Source: Candidatus Babelota bacterium
Lineage (GTDB): Bacteria; Babelota; Babeliae; Babelales; Vermiphilaceae
Assembly: GCA_049325595.1 (NCBI GenBank)
Contig: JBMOLF010000007.1
Span: 32,001-96,000 of the forward strand
DNA: 64,000 nt
Direction of reading: 5' to 3'
The notes beneath the pieces were generated by a model. It saw only the letters and a program-made list of their open reading frames with translations. It did no database searches and had not been told where the DNA came from. Position numbers and translations under genes: made by a program. This document shows, piece after piece, positions 47,650-57,612 of this stretch (within the stretch, counting starts at the first letter, position 1; each line of letters begins with the position of its first letter).

Positions 47650-50244
47650 TTATAACTGCCCAAGCCAATCTTTTAACAAGTTTTTCAATTCTCCATCAGA
47701 TTTGGTTGTGCCGCCTTGATACAATATATTTGAACCACCACCAGTGACACCTGCTCTTTCTTTCAACCATGTACCTAAATTTTTCAAATTCAAGCGTGTT
47801 GTTAAAGTAGGGGAAATAGTTGCAAAGAATATATGGCGATCACCTGCAATGCTTGTTATGAAGTAAAAGCCAGGCTTTTTGCTTGCTAAGGTTTGTGCAA
47901 GCTCTTTTAACTCATCATGCGCAGCATCTTTTATATTAACAAATAAGAATGGTATTTCATTTACCGATTCAACCTGTTCAAGCCATTGAGGTATAAGCGC
48001 ATTAATCGATTGTTTTTTTAATTGTTTAACTTCTTGTTGAAGTTTTTTTACCAATTCTTTTTGTTTGTTGACCGCTTCAAGCACTTCGTTATGCTGTACC
48101 TTGTACTCTTGGCTTAGGTTTTTAACCGTATTAAAGGTTTGCTGGAATAATTCAATAGCCCGTGGACCAGTTACAGCGGTAATACGACGATGTCCTGCCG
48201 AAAGGGCACTAACATCGGTTATTTTGAAGGCGCCAATGTCTCCTGTGCGGTTAACATGGGTGCCACCGCATAATTCTACCGAGAAATCAGCAACTTTTAC
48301 CATACGAACTTCTTCAGGGTTATATTTGTCACCAAAGAAAGCAAGTGCTCCGTGGCTTAAAGCATCTTTTAGATTTGTGTGTTTTACGGCAACTTCGATA
48401 TTTTCACGTATTTTTTGATTTACTAAATCTTCAACACGCGCAATATCTGCCGGATTTAAATTTTCATGGTAGGTAAAGTCAAAACGAAGATAATCAGGGT
48501 GTACTAATGAACCTGATTGCTTAATTTGCTTGCCAAACAGTTCAATTAATGCTGCTTGCAGTAAGTGAGTTGCGGTATGGTTTTTCATCGCATTAGTACG
48601 CCATGTTTTATCAACAATGCTTACCACTGGCATGCCAACAGTAATCACATCTGGAGCTTGTATAAGTGCAGCAATTGCTTTACCAATAAAGCGTACCGAT
48701 TTTATTGGAATTTTATTGTAATTAATTATCAACCAACCTTGATCTGGCACTTGTCCACCACCAACGATGAAGAATGGTGATTTTTCCGTGATAACCCAAC
48801 ACTCATCGCCTTTGCTTACTGTTTGTGCTAGTTGATTATCTTTAATAAGAGCAGTGATTGTGGAAGCAGTTTCAAGTTCTTGATAACCAGTAAATTGCGT
48901 AGTTTGTTCAAGCTCTAAACTGCTTAATTCATCTTCTTTTTTAGCGCCAGATTGCTCTTGCTGATGTTTCATGTGCTCTTCAAAGCCAGCAGAGTCTACA
49001 TTAAAGCCTTTTTCGTTGGCCATAAGGTGAATAAGTTCGATAGGAAAGCCATAAGTATCATACAGTTTAAATGCTTGCTCACCGGTAATAATTTTGGTTG
49101 CGGCACTTTCTTGGAAATATTTTTCTAAGATATGTTGGCCGCGTACTAAGTTTTGAGCAAATTTTTTAATTTCGCTATCTAAAATTTTGTAAATAAGTTC
49201 AGCATTTAGTTTAAGTTCTGGGTAAATATCGCCCAATTGGGTAACTACCGTTTTTGATAATTCTGGGAAGATATTTTCTTCAGTTAGTTTTTGTGCAAAC
49301 AATGCCGCACGACGGATGATTTTGCGCAATACATAACCACGCCCTTCATTAGAAGGAGCGCCACCATCAGCAATAATTAATGATGATGAGCGAATATGAT
49401 CAGCAAGGACATGAAAGGCTGCTTGTGTTTGTGCGTTTTGTTTTGCATATTCAATTTTAGTTAGTTGCTCGATGCGGGCAATGATAGGCATAAATAAATC
49501 AGTTTGGTAAACCGAATCTTTATCTTGCACTACGGCGCAAAGACGCTCTAGACCCATTCCTGTATCAACCCCTGTTTGTTTAAGAGGCTTAAAACTGCCG
49601 TCAGTTTGTCGGTCAAATTGCATGAAAACAAGATTCCAAATTTCTAAAAAACGGTCGCAATCACATGCTGGGCCACATTTTTTTTCATCTTTACAGCCAA
49701 ACTCAGGGCCACGATCGATATGAATTTCAGTACACGGGCCGCAAGGACCAGTATCCCCCATTGCCCAGAAGTTTTCAGCTTCGCCTAAACGGTGCATGCG
49801 CTCTTGAGGAATACCAATTTCTTTATGCCAAATGTCGTATGACTCATCATCAGTTTTGTAGACAGTAGCATGCAATTTTTCTATAGGAAGGTGCATTTCT
49901 TTAGTAATAAAGTCCCAGGCAAAGGCAATTGCATCTTTTTTAAAATAATCACCAAATGAAAAATTACCCATCATTTCAAAAAAAGTAAGGTGACGTTTGG
50001 TAAACCCAACGTTATCAAGATCATTATGCTTGCCACCGGCGCGTACACATTTTTGAATAGATACGGCACGCGTATAACTCCGCTTTTCTTGGCCTAAAAA
50101 CACATCTTTAAACTGGTTCATTCCTGCATTGGCAAACAACAAGGTAGGGTCTTGTGCGGGTATTAGGGAAGAACTGGGTACTTTTTCATGACCGCGTTTG
50201 ATAAAAAAATCAAAAAATTTTTGGCGTATCTGCAATGAATTCAT
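47650..50244 (-). CDS. alaS: Alanine--tRNA ligase
   Basis: DPTLLFANAGMNQFK, HLTFFEMMGNFSFGDYFK, DTGMGLER, HTATHLL, ELCGGTH; start MNSLQ. Confidence 0.98.
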   Translation of the reverse strand: MNSLQIRQKFFDFFIKRGHEKVPSSSLIPAQDPTLLFANAGMNQFKDVFLGQEKRSYTRAVSIQKCVRAGGKHNDLDNVGFTKRHLTFFEMMGNFSFGDYFKKDAIAFAWDFITKEMHLPIEKLHATVYKTDDESYDIWHKEIGIPQERMHRLGEAENFWAMGDTGPCGPCTEIHIDRGPEFGCKDEKKCGPACDCDRFLEIWNLVFMQFDRQTDGSFKPLKQTGVDTGMGLERLCAVVQDKDSVYQTDLFMPIIARIEQLTKIEYAKQNAQTQAAFHVLADHIRSSSLIIADGGAPSNEGRGYVLRKIIRRAALFAQKLTEENIFPELSKTVVTQLGDIYPELKLNAELIYKILDSEIKKFAQNLVRGQHILEKYFQESAATKIITGEQAFKLYDTYGFPIELIHLMANEKGFNVDSAGFEEHMKHQQEQSGAKKEDELSSLELEQTTQFTGYQELETASTITALIKDNQLAQTVSKGDECWVITEKSPFFIVGGGQVPDQGWLIINYNKIPIKSVRFIGKAIAALIQAPDVITVGMPVVSIVDKTWRTNAMKNHTATHLLQAALIELFGKQIKQSGSLVHPDYLRFDFTYHENLNPADIARVEDLVNQKIRENIEVAVKHTNLKDALSHGALAFFGDKYNPEEVRMVKVADFSVELCGGTHVNRTGDIGAFKITDVSALSAGHRRITAVTGPRAIELFQQTFNTVKNLSQEYKVQHNEVLEAVNKQKELVKKLQQEVKQLKKQSINALIPQWLEQVESVNEIPFLFVNIKDAAHDELKELAQTLASKKPGFYFITSIAGDRHIFFATISPTLTTRLNLKNLGTWLKERAGVTGGGSNILYQGGTTKSDGELKNLLKDWLGQL

Positions 50245-50342
50245 AGAATCTTTCCAGGTAAGAGAAAACTGCATATACTTATTTTAGCAAAAATGGCTAT
50301 TTTGCCAAAAAAACTATGGAATTGCCAACTAGGGTTAACGCT

Positions 50343-51404
50343 ATGAAAAATATAGTTTATGTAATTTTATCGCTTATTTGTTTTTCACCATTATTTTCAA
50401 TGGAAAAAGATATTACTAAGAAAGAAATTTTAAAAAGTTTAAATAATCGCCATATTCCGCATCTTAAAACTTATTTTGCTTTAAGTAACCAAATTCCTCA
50501 TAAATCTGATTCAAACAAATGGTTAATTGCAAAAAATAATAATGGATTATACGTAGCGTTGTTACCTAGCTCTGGGTACGAACAAGCTTTAGATATACAC
50601 CATGCGTATGTTTTTCATTCAGATTTTGCTGGATGGTGGCGTAAAACACCAGATGAATTAAGAAAAAAATTTTTAGAGCACGTAGAGGATGCTACTAAAA
50701 ATGGTTTTTTTGATTTGTTGTATAAACATAAAATTACTCGTCTTGAAAAATTAATGTGCGTGCATCCTGCATATGATGAATGGATAACAAGCACGTTCAA
50801 CCAGGGAAACACGACTCAACTTAATCGTTATGCATATCAAAGAGACGATAAAAATAGATACGACAATGAAGGCGGTAAGCTAGTTGAGAGAAAATACCAT
50901 AGCGCTAATATTTTAAAATTTCTTTGCTACGATAAAAATTATTACCAAGGTGTTTTGCTTGGCCTTTGTGCAAAGCCTGAAAGTTCTTATGATTGTTCAT
51001 TAGTTCGATTAATTTTTGATTATGACCAGATTAATGAAGAAGAAATTATTCCGTTTAGTCGTTTTCAAGAGCGATTCTCTGATCGCAAGTTGGGTTTTTA
51101 CTGTTTAATGCAGTCTAAACAAGAACCAGATTTATGCTTAGTGGTTACTAAAGAGCGTTGTTTTGAATTAAATCGAGCAGGAAAAGAAATGGTTACTACT
51201 TTCTTGGTGAGTTTGAGCAAAAGAAAATGTTTAGCTGCTTTTGATGAGTTAGTAGAATTTGATGAAGAAGCTAACGATTATTTTTATAATCCTTTGCCAA
51301 TGATTTCGCAAAAGCGAAAGTTGTCATTTAAAACAGGGGATGAAATGGTTAATTTAGTTACTAAAAAGTCTCAAAAAAACTGTCCTCGCTGTATAATTTT
51401 ATAG
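50343..51404 (+). CDS. Exported hypothetical protein with C-terminal CaaX motif
   Basis: Signal peptide then FSMEK; ends KKSQKNCPRCIIL*. Confidence 0.7.
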   Translation: MKNIVYVILSLICFSPLFSMEKDITKKEILKSLNNRHIPHLKTYFALSNQIPHKSDSNKWLIAKNNNGLYVALLPSSGYEQALDIHHAYVFHSDFAGWWRKTPDELRKKFLEHVEDATKNGFFDLLYKHKITRLEKLMCVHPAYDEWITSTFNQGNTTQLNRYAYQRDDKNRYDNEGGKLVERKYHSANILKFLCYDKNYYQGVLLGLCAKPESSYDCSLVRLIFDYDQINEEEIIPFSRFQERFSDRKLGFYCLMQSKQEPDLCLVVTKERCFELNRAGKEMVTTFLVSLSKRKCLAAFDELVEFDEEANDYFYNPLPMISQKRKLSFKTGDEMVNLVTKKSQKNCPRCIIL

Positions 51405-51439
51405 TTTGATAAACCAGAACAATAATTTTAGGAATCACC

Positions 51440-51754
51440 ATGAAAAAAATAATAGCAATGCTGATTTTATCTTTTATAGCAGTAAATAGTCAGGCAAATC
51501 AAATATTTTACATCATAAAAGGTGAAGCACCTGTTTCTCAAACAGTGCGGGCAGTAGGTGTTGCCACCACATTGGGTGGTGTTGCTTGCGCGGTGCTTGC
51601 TCAACGTGATTTAGCGGCGGCATTATTGGTGGTTGCTGGAACTGGAATGATTATAGCATCGCCTTATTTAGATAAACGGTCTGATATTCAAAAAATTGTC
51701 GATGATGGGGTTTGTAAATTGCACAAGGTATTAAATCTTGACGCTCGGAGATAA
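51440..51754 (+). CDS. Small membrane or exported hypothetical protein
   Basis: AGGA RBS; signal peptide plus two hydrophobic helices. Confidence 0.6.
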   Translation: MKKIIAMLILSFIAVNSQANQIFYIIKGEAPVSQTVRAVGVATTLGGVACAVLAQRDLAAALLVVAGTGMIIASPYLDKRSDIQKIVDDGVCKLHKVLNLDARR

Positions 51755-51776
51755 AAGGCCCTTTTAATAAGTTAAT

Positions 51777-51804
51777 AAAAAAGTCGGCTAAGGGCGGCTT
51801 TTTT
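51777..51804. terminator. Bidirectional intrinsic terminator
   Basis: AAAAAAGTCG-gctaaggg-CGGCTTTTTT between convergent genes. Confidence 0.65.
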
Positions 51805-52048
51805 ATTGTTTAGACGAAGCTTGCGAAACTACCAAGATTGAGCCTTCTAGGTCTACGCCATTTAAAGCTTCAATTGCTACGTGACCTTCATCATTGGCTG
51901 GCATTTCTATAAAAGCAAATCCTTTGAATTTGCCTGTATGCGGATCGGTAACAAAGTTTATTTTGGTTACCAATCCATATTGCTCAAAAAGTTTTTTTAA
52001 GTTTTTATCAGAGACGCTTGAAGCGATGTTTCCGACATAAATTATCAT
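51803..52048 (-). CDS. Single-RRM RNA-binding protein
   Basis: RNP2 IYVGNI; RNP1 KGFAFIEM. Confidence 0.92.
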   Translation of the reverse strand: MIIYVGNIASSVSDKNLKKLFEQYGLVTKINFVTDPHTGKFKGFAFIEMPANDEGHVAIEALNGVDLEGSILVVSQASSKQ

Positions 52049-52322
52049 TTTGAGCTCCTATTGGATTCATTATACTAACATCTTTAAGTATAAAAAGTGA
52101 TTCTTGCAGAAATCAATAAATTTTCTATAAGAATTTTAAATAGCGGTTGATAGTTATTATAAAATGCAATAACTAAGCTGTGTATTTTCAATTTGTCTTA
52201 ATTGTGTTGAGTTATATTCTGGGAATTTGTTATCTTTTAGGTGAAAGAAGAAACCATTGTTCGATATGTGAAAATTCAATGATTTAGTGAGATCGTATTA
52301 ACTGAGCGATAGTAAGTAGCTT

Positions 52323-52829
52323 ATGATTATTAATAATGCAAAATTTTTTATTATTATCTATGGACTTATATTTTTTTCATATAGTTATTCGATAAAAGAA
52401 GCATTACCATCCGAGTTTTATCCAAGAGCAAAGTTCATTAATAATACCAATAAGATGTTTCAAATTGCTCGGGTGAATCATATTTTTAATAGGATAGAAA
52501 TTGTTTCTTATTTATATCCATTCCAAACAGTAACCATTCCTTTTAAAATAGATATACCAAGATTTGAAAAAATAAAAGACCTTCGCAAAAAAGAAGGTTA
52601 CCTAGTTTTGCTTGATAATACACAAAAATTATATGCTCAGATATGGTTGAGTTATGCCGTAGAGGACGACTCAATTTTTATTGATAGTTATTTGGTGTAT
52701 AAAGCTAAAATGATTACAAAAGCTCAAATGGTAAAATCGATAAAAACCAAAATTCAACCAACTATAATAATAACATTAGAGCAAGATGACCAAGGGCTTT
52801 CTGCTGCGACATCTTTAAACATAGAATAA
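52323..52829 (+). CDS. Exported hypothetical beta-rich protein
   Basis: Signal peptide; KFINNT near the N-terminus; ITLEQD near the C-terminus. Confidence 0.55.
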   Translation: MIINNAKFFIIIYGLIFFSYSYSIKEALPSEFYPRAKFINNTNKMFQIARVNHIFNRIEIVSYLYPFQTVTIPFKIDIPRFEKIKDLRKKEGYLVLLDNTQKLYAQIWLSYAVEDDSIFIDSYLVYKAKMITKAQMVKSIKTKIQPTIIITLEQDDQGLSAATSLNIE

Positions 52830-52993
52830 AAACGATCACTCGTAATGGTCAAAACAAAGGATGCACACAGAAGACCAAAAACCCTTTATTCTATTGCTTT
52901 TTTTAATTAAAATAATTTAAAATAGACAATATAAAATATAGATTTTTTACTGTTCAAGAAACGAATTAAATAGCAGTTTTAAAAGGAATAAAT

Positions 52994-53467
52994 ATGAAGA
53001 GCAATTATTTTAAATTATTAGTCTTAACAGGTACATTAGTTAATTTTATTAATGCACAAGATGCTCAATTTACTGCAACAATTACCAACAATTTACCTTA
53101 TACGATCAAGATCAATGATCGTAAATGGGAAGGTACGCTAGTTGAAATTGCTACTTTGCAAACTGGACAAACAACTAATCTAAGCGATTTAAGTACCTAT
53201 ACTCAGTCTACCTCTTCACAAAGTAACCTTATAATTACCAAAGATGGTACTGATATAGCAGAGATTATTTTGTTAAAACAATTTGGTTATGAAAATCATA
53301 AACCTGCAGTTATTGTATCTTTGGTGCCATTTCCTCATTGGATTGGCGGCAGTAAATTTATTAGAGAAGAGCTTGATCAAGACACCAATGTTTTTAATGT
53401 TCAGATAGATTTAAAACAAGATAAAGAAGAAACATTAGAGCCAACTAAAATTAGTGTTAATTATTGA
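52994..53467 (+). CDS. Exported beta-rich protein (paralog of 53546)
   Basis: TITNNLPY, ATLQTGQT, IDLKQDKEE. Confidence 0.7.
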   Translation: MKSNYFKLLVLTGTLVNFINAQDAQFTATITNNLPYTIKINDRKWEGTLVEIATLQTGQTTNLSDLSTYTQSTSSQSNLIITKDGTDIAEIILLKQFGYENHKPAVIVSLVPFPHWIGGSKFIREELDQDTNVFNVQIDLKQDKEETLEPTKISVNY

Positions 53468-53545
53468 TAATAGGCTAAAAAGTCAATTAATAATTACGTT
53501 TTTATTTACGTTTTTATTGATTTTTTTTTAAAAAGGAGAATTCAC

Positions 53546-54025
53546 ATGAAATTATATGCAAAAGTGGCCTTAGGCATGTCCTTAGTAGGTTCTTTTATTT
53601 TTACATCACCTACAGTAAAAATAACAATCACTAATAATTTACCTTACGCGGTGATTATTAAAGAGCCAAAATGGGAATCAACTGGTATGTTAACAAGAGA
53701 TTATAAAACGGTGGCAACCTTGCAACAGGGAAAAACTTCAGAACTAATTATACCTTCAATAAATCATGGGCGAGCAGTTTTAGAAATCTTTAAAGATAAT
53801 GATGAGCTAATATCGAACATTACTTTCTTGCAACAACAAATAAATGCTCAAAACAATCGTGTTAACGTATGGGTAACTGATTCTCGTCTTGCAGGTAGTG
53901 AAAGTGTCTGGTGGAATGAAGAAGTGAGTTCTAATATTAAGAACTTTGATATAAGAATAAATTTAAAACAAGATGAAAAGGAATTTTTGAATCGTTCTTC
54001 TGAACTTAGTGTTGACTATAAATAA
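53546..54025 (+). CDS. Exported beta-rich protein (paralog of 52994)
   Basis: TITNNLPY, ATLQQGKT, INLKQDEKE; AAGGAG RBS. Confidence 0.7.
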   Translation: MKLYAKVALGMSLVGSFIFTSPTVKITITNNLPYAVIIKEPKWESTGMLTRDYKTVATLQQGKTSELIIPSINHGRAVLEIFKDNDELISNITFLQQQINAQNNRVNVWVTDSRLAGSESVWWNEEVSSNIKNFDIRINLKQDEKEFLNRSSELSVDYK

Positions 54026-54040
54026 GAAATGCTAAAAGTG

Positions 54041-54071
54041 AAAAAGGCCGTCGGTTAAGACGGCCTTTTTT
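54041..54071. terminator. Bidirectional intrinsic terminator
   Basis: AAAAAGGCCGTC-ggttaa-GACGGCCTTTTTT. Confidence 0.88.
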
Positions 54072-54087
54072 AGTAGCGATTCAAATT

Positions 54088-54423
54088 TTAGTAGCGGTTA
54101 AAACGAGGGGTGCGTGGAGCAGAGCCGAAATCTCTTCTTCCGCCATTTCCGCCTTGACGGAAACCACCTTGTGGTCTATTTTCGCGAGGGCGTGCTTCGC
54201 TTACTACTAGCTCTTGTCCTTCAAAATTCATGCCATTTAATGCAGAAATTGCAGCTTGTGCATCATCCATTTCTGGCATGTCAACAAATGCAAAACCTTT
54301 AAATTCACCAGTGAATTTGTCTTTGATCATTTTAACCGAAGTTACTTGACCATATTGTTCAAAAAGTTCTTTTAATTTATTTTCATTAACTGAACGTGAA
54401 ATACGTCCTACATAGATATTCAT
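54088..54423 (-). CDS. Single-RRM RNA-binding protein with Gly/Arg-rich tail
   Basis: MNIYVG, KGFAFVDM, LVVSEARPRE, GGFRQGGNGGRR. Confidence 0.93.
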   Translation of the reverse strand: MNIYVGRISRSVNENKLKELFEQYGQVTSVKMIKDKFTGEFKGFAFVDMPEMDDAQAAISALNGMNFEGQELVVSEARPRENRPQGGFRQGGNGGRRDFGSAPRTPRFNRY

Positions 54424-54692
54424 TTATAATTCACTCGAATATAAAAATTTAAGATATAATTAGTATAACCAGCCATTTTAGGGTGCTTTTAAATTCCCTC
54501 GCTACTAAGATTTTAATTAACTTAAATACTAGTATAGAACCTCTTATGAAGAATGTCTATCTAATCCTATCTTGCTTCTTGATATATTCAAATAGAAATT
54601 TATAAAACTGAAATAAAAAAATTGTCATCGCATAACCTAAATCGTATACTTAATAATACGATATCAAAATAGAATAATGTGAGGAATTGGCC

Positions 54693-55658
54693 ATGAATAT
54701 AAGGCTAGTGATCTGGGTTAGTATTTTTTTATTTATTCCTAGTTGTATTAAGCAAAATCATAGGCCAATTAAAAAATCTATCACCATACCAACTGTTTTG
54801 TCCAAAAATTTTAATACCTCAATTGATATACAAAGTACCGAGCAAAAAGATACTGCTCCCACTGTAACAGTCTGGATTCATGGAACGCGATTATTGCCAC
54901 GTCTTTTTTTTGAAAACTTTTTCCATAGTACACACGGGTTAACGCATTATACTGATCTTGATGAGCGTTATCATTTGCGTTTGATTGCAAATACTCTAAC
55001 TAATAGTTCTCCTACGGTATTTGAAAAAGATCATTTTTACATTTTTGGTTGGTCTGGGAAGTTAAGTTTTGAAGAACGAGAGGCTGCTGCTAAGCAATTG
55101 TTTAAAGAATTACAAGCGCTTATAACAGCTTATACTAATCAAGGATTGCCGCGTCCTAAAATACGACTTATAACACATAGCCATGGCGGTAATGTGGCAC
55201 TTAATCTCCCTAAATTTAAAAATGAATTTGGAGAATTATATATAGATGAGTTAATTTTACTTGCTTGTCCTGTTCAAGCAAAAACAATGCATTTTTCCCA
55301 TGATGCCATGTTTGTAAAAATTTACTCGTTGTATTCTCGTGGTGATTTGCTTCAAGTAATTGATCCACAAGGATTATATTCAAATCGTGACAATAACTGT
55401 TCATTATTTTCTGAGCGTTGTTTTCCACCCCATGAAAAAAATATACAAGTAAAGGTTAAATTTAATGGCCGCGCATTAATGCACACCGAGTTTATTTTGC
55501 CTCATTTTTTAAAGCATTTTGCCTATATTCTGCACGAAATTAACAGTTGGGATCAGGCATCAGCGCCAATTGTACGTGACTGGAACAATAGGCCTAAGCT
55601 TCTTAATATTTATACCAACGGTAAGCGACCGTTAACAAGTCGTAAAACTGCTTTGTAA
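54693..55658 (+). CDS. Alpha/beta-hydrolase-fold lipoprotein
   Basis: Lipobox-like IPSC; WIHGT; FGWSG; ITHSHGGNV nucleophile elbow; LILLACPV. Confidence 0.75.
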   Translation: MNIRLVIWVSIFLFIPSCIKQNHRPIKKSITIPTVLSKNFNTSIDIQSTEQKDTAPTVTVWIHGTRLLPRLFFENFFHSTHGLTHYTDLDERYHLRLIANTLTNSSPTVFEKDHFYIFGWSGKLSFEEREAAAKQLFKELQALITAYTNQGLPRPKIRLITHSHGGNVALNLPKFKNEFGELYIDELILLACPVQAKTMHFSHDAMFVKIYSLYSRGDLLQVIDPQGLYSNRDNNCSLFSERCFPPHEKNIQVKVKFNGRALMHTEFILPHFLKHFAYILHEINSWDQASAPIVRDWNNRPKLLNIYTNGKRPLTSRKTAL

Positions 55659-57533
55659 TTAACGTAGTTTTTTGACCATATTGATAATTGCTTGCGCGTC
55701 AATTTTTGCCCAGGCAAGAAGTTCTTCTGGTTTACCTGAACGTGGCAATTCAGTTACAGCTAAGCATTCAATAGTAATGTTGTGATTGCGTAGTGCATAA
55801 GAAATTGCTTGCCCAAAGCCTCCTTGAAGATAATGATCCTCAATGGTGATAACCTTGTTTTGGGCATTTTGCGCTACTTGTACAATTTGATCTACTGGTA
55901 ATGGTTTTATGCAATATAAGTCAATTACGCTGATACTAATGCCCTCTTGTGCTAAAAGATCATACGCTTTTAAGGCTTCGTGCAAGGTAATGCCCGCACC
56001 AATGATACAAGCAATATCATTGCTACTTTGTTTTAACACTTTGCAATGGCCAATCGGAAAATCTTCATATGGTTGATAAAGAATCGGCGTTGCTGATCGC
56101 GTCGTGCGCAAATAAGAAATACCTTGATTATATTCTATCATTTGTTCTACTAATTTTGCCGTGCTCACTGCATCTGAAGGATATAATACTACACTCTTAG
56201 CTAAAGCTTGCATAAGCCCAATGTCTTCTAGTGCCATTTGTGATGGACCATCTTGGCCTATTGATATTCCTGCATGCGAACCTACCAAACGCAAATTGGC
56301 AGTACCGATAGCTGCCATGCGTATTTGATCGTAAGCGCGAGAAAAAAATGCACCGAAGGTTGAAACAAAAGGAATTTTTCCTCTTCGTTCAAGGCCTACT
56401 GCCATGCCTATCATGTTTTGCTCTGCAACAAAGCATTGTATAAACCGAGCTGGATATTTTTGTTCAAATAATTCTGCCATTGTCGAATTTTTTACTTCAG
56501 CATCAAGGCTTATGATAAATTTGCAATCAGATCCTGCTGTTGCAAGAGACTGTCCATATGCAAGACGCGTAGCAACTTCTTTAGTTGGAGCATATTGTGG
56601 TTCGTGGAATGAAATACCAACGCAATGATTGCGCGATTCAGGAACATCAGCCTGTGGAATTTGCGGATGCCAAGTATAGCCATTACTATAATGTGCTGCG
56701 CTACTAAAGCGAGCTTCCATTTGGGCTAAAATCTCATTAAGTTCTTCTTTTTTAAATGCTTTACCATGAAATCCTTCTTTATTTTCCGCTTTTTCAACTC
56801 CATAGCCTTTAATGGTTTTGGCAATAATAATGGTGGGATGATGATTTGGTGTACGAGCTTTTTCAAATGCACTCATAATTTGTTGCATGTCATGGCCATC
56901 GATAATAATTGGCTTCCAGCCAAATGCTGCAAATTTATCAGCATAACGTTGCAAATGATAGCCATGGATAGTTTCAGTACTTTGGCCAAGCCTATTGCAA
57001 TCAAGGATAGCAACTAAATTAGAAAGGTGATAATAAGCAGCAATTTCAGCAGCTTCCCATATTGAACCTTCGGTCGATTCACTATCGCCTAAGAGCACAT
57101 AGGTATAAAAATCTCGGTGATCCATTTTGGCTGATAATGCCATGCCAGCACCAATTGAAAGTCCCATGCCTAAAGAACCAGTTGCTGCTTCAGTACGCGA
57201 AAAGCGTAAAGTTGGATGACCTTCTAACACAGAATTAAATTCTCGATAATGAGCGATATCATCATCAGTTAATATGCCCAATTGTTTCCAAGCCGCATAA
57301 AAAATAGGCGCTGCATGTCCTTTTGATAAAATAAATCGATCATTATTAGGATTATTAGGGTTATGTGGATCAAAGCGCATTGCGTAAAAAAAAAGAGCGG
57401 CGACCAAATCGGCCGCAGATAATGCAGATGTTGGATGACCTGAGCCTGCAAGGCTTGTCATGACCAGTGAGTCAATGCGCATTTGATAGGCTTTGTGTTC
57501 CAAAAATTTTTTAATTCCGTGCAAAACACTCAT
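55659..57533 (-). CDS. tkt: Transketolase (624-aa, animal-TKT-like type)
   Basis: SGHPTS, DRFILSKGHAAP, LEGHPT, ATGSLG, GDSE..EGSIWE, AEQNM, SHAGISIGQDGPSQMALED. Confidence 0.95.
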   Translation of the reverse strand: MSVLHGIKKFLEHKAYQMRIDSLVMTSLAGSGHPTSALSAADLVAALFFYAMRFDPHNPNNPNNDRFILSKGHAAPIFYAAWKQLGILTDDDIAHYREFNSVLEGHPTLRFSRTEAATGSLGMGLSIGAGMALSAKMDHRDFYTYVLLGDSESTEGSIWEAAEIAAYYHLSNLVAILDCNRLGQSTETIHGYHLQRYADKFAAFGWKPIIIDGHDMQQIMSAFEKARTPNHHPTIIIAKTIKGYGVEKAENKEGFHGKAFKKEELNEILAQMEARFSSAAHYSNGYTWHPQIPQADVPESRNHCVGISFHEPQYAPTKEVATRLAYGQSLATAGSDCKFIISLDAEVKNSTMAELFEQKYPARFIQCFVAEQNMIGMAVGLERRGKIPFVSTFGAFFSRAYDQIRMAAIGTANLRLVGSHAGISIGQDGPSQMALEDIGLMQALAKSVVLYPSDAVSTAKLVEQMIEYNQGISYLRTTRSATPILYQPYEDFPIGHCKVLKQSSNDIACIIGAGITLHEALKAYDLLAQEGISISVIDLYCIKPLPVDQIVQVAQNAQNKVITIEDHYLQGGFGQAISYALRNHNITIECLAVTELPRSGKPEELLAWAKIDAQAIINMVKKLR

Positions 57534-57612
57534 AAATGCACCTCGTAATACTCAACTTTTTATATAGTTGAATATTACGCTAGCATGCACAGTTTTAAAT
57601 AGCAATTAATGA

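Noticed and set aside
16943..49868. Numerous short antisense or alternate-frame ORFs inside the AGCS transporter, hppA, secF, rho, P-type ATPase, pth and alaS genes
   Set aside because: They are nested within well-supported genes and show no independent motifs or RBS.
53496..53519. 12-bp direct repeat TACGTTTTTATT x2 upstream of 53546
   Set aside because: Short, AT-rich and seen only once, so there is no support for an operator.
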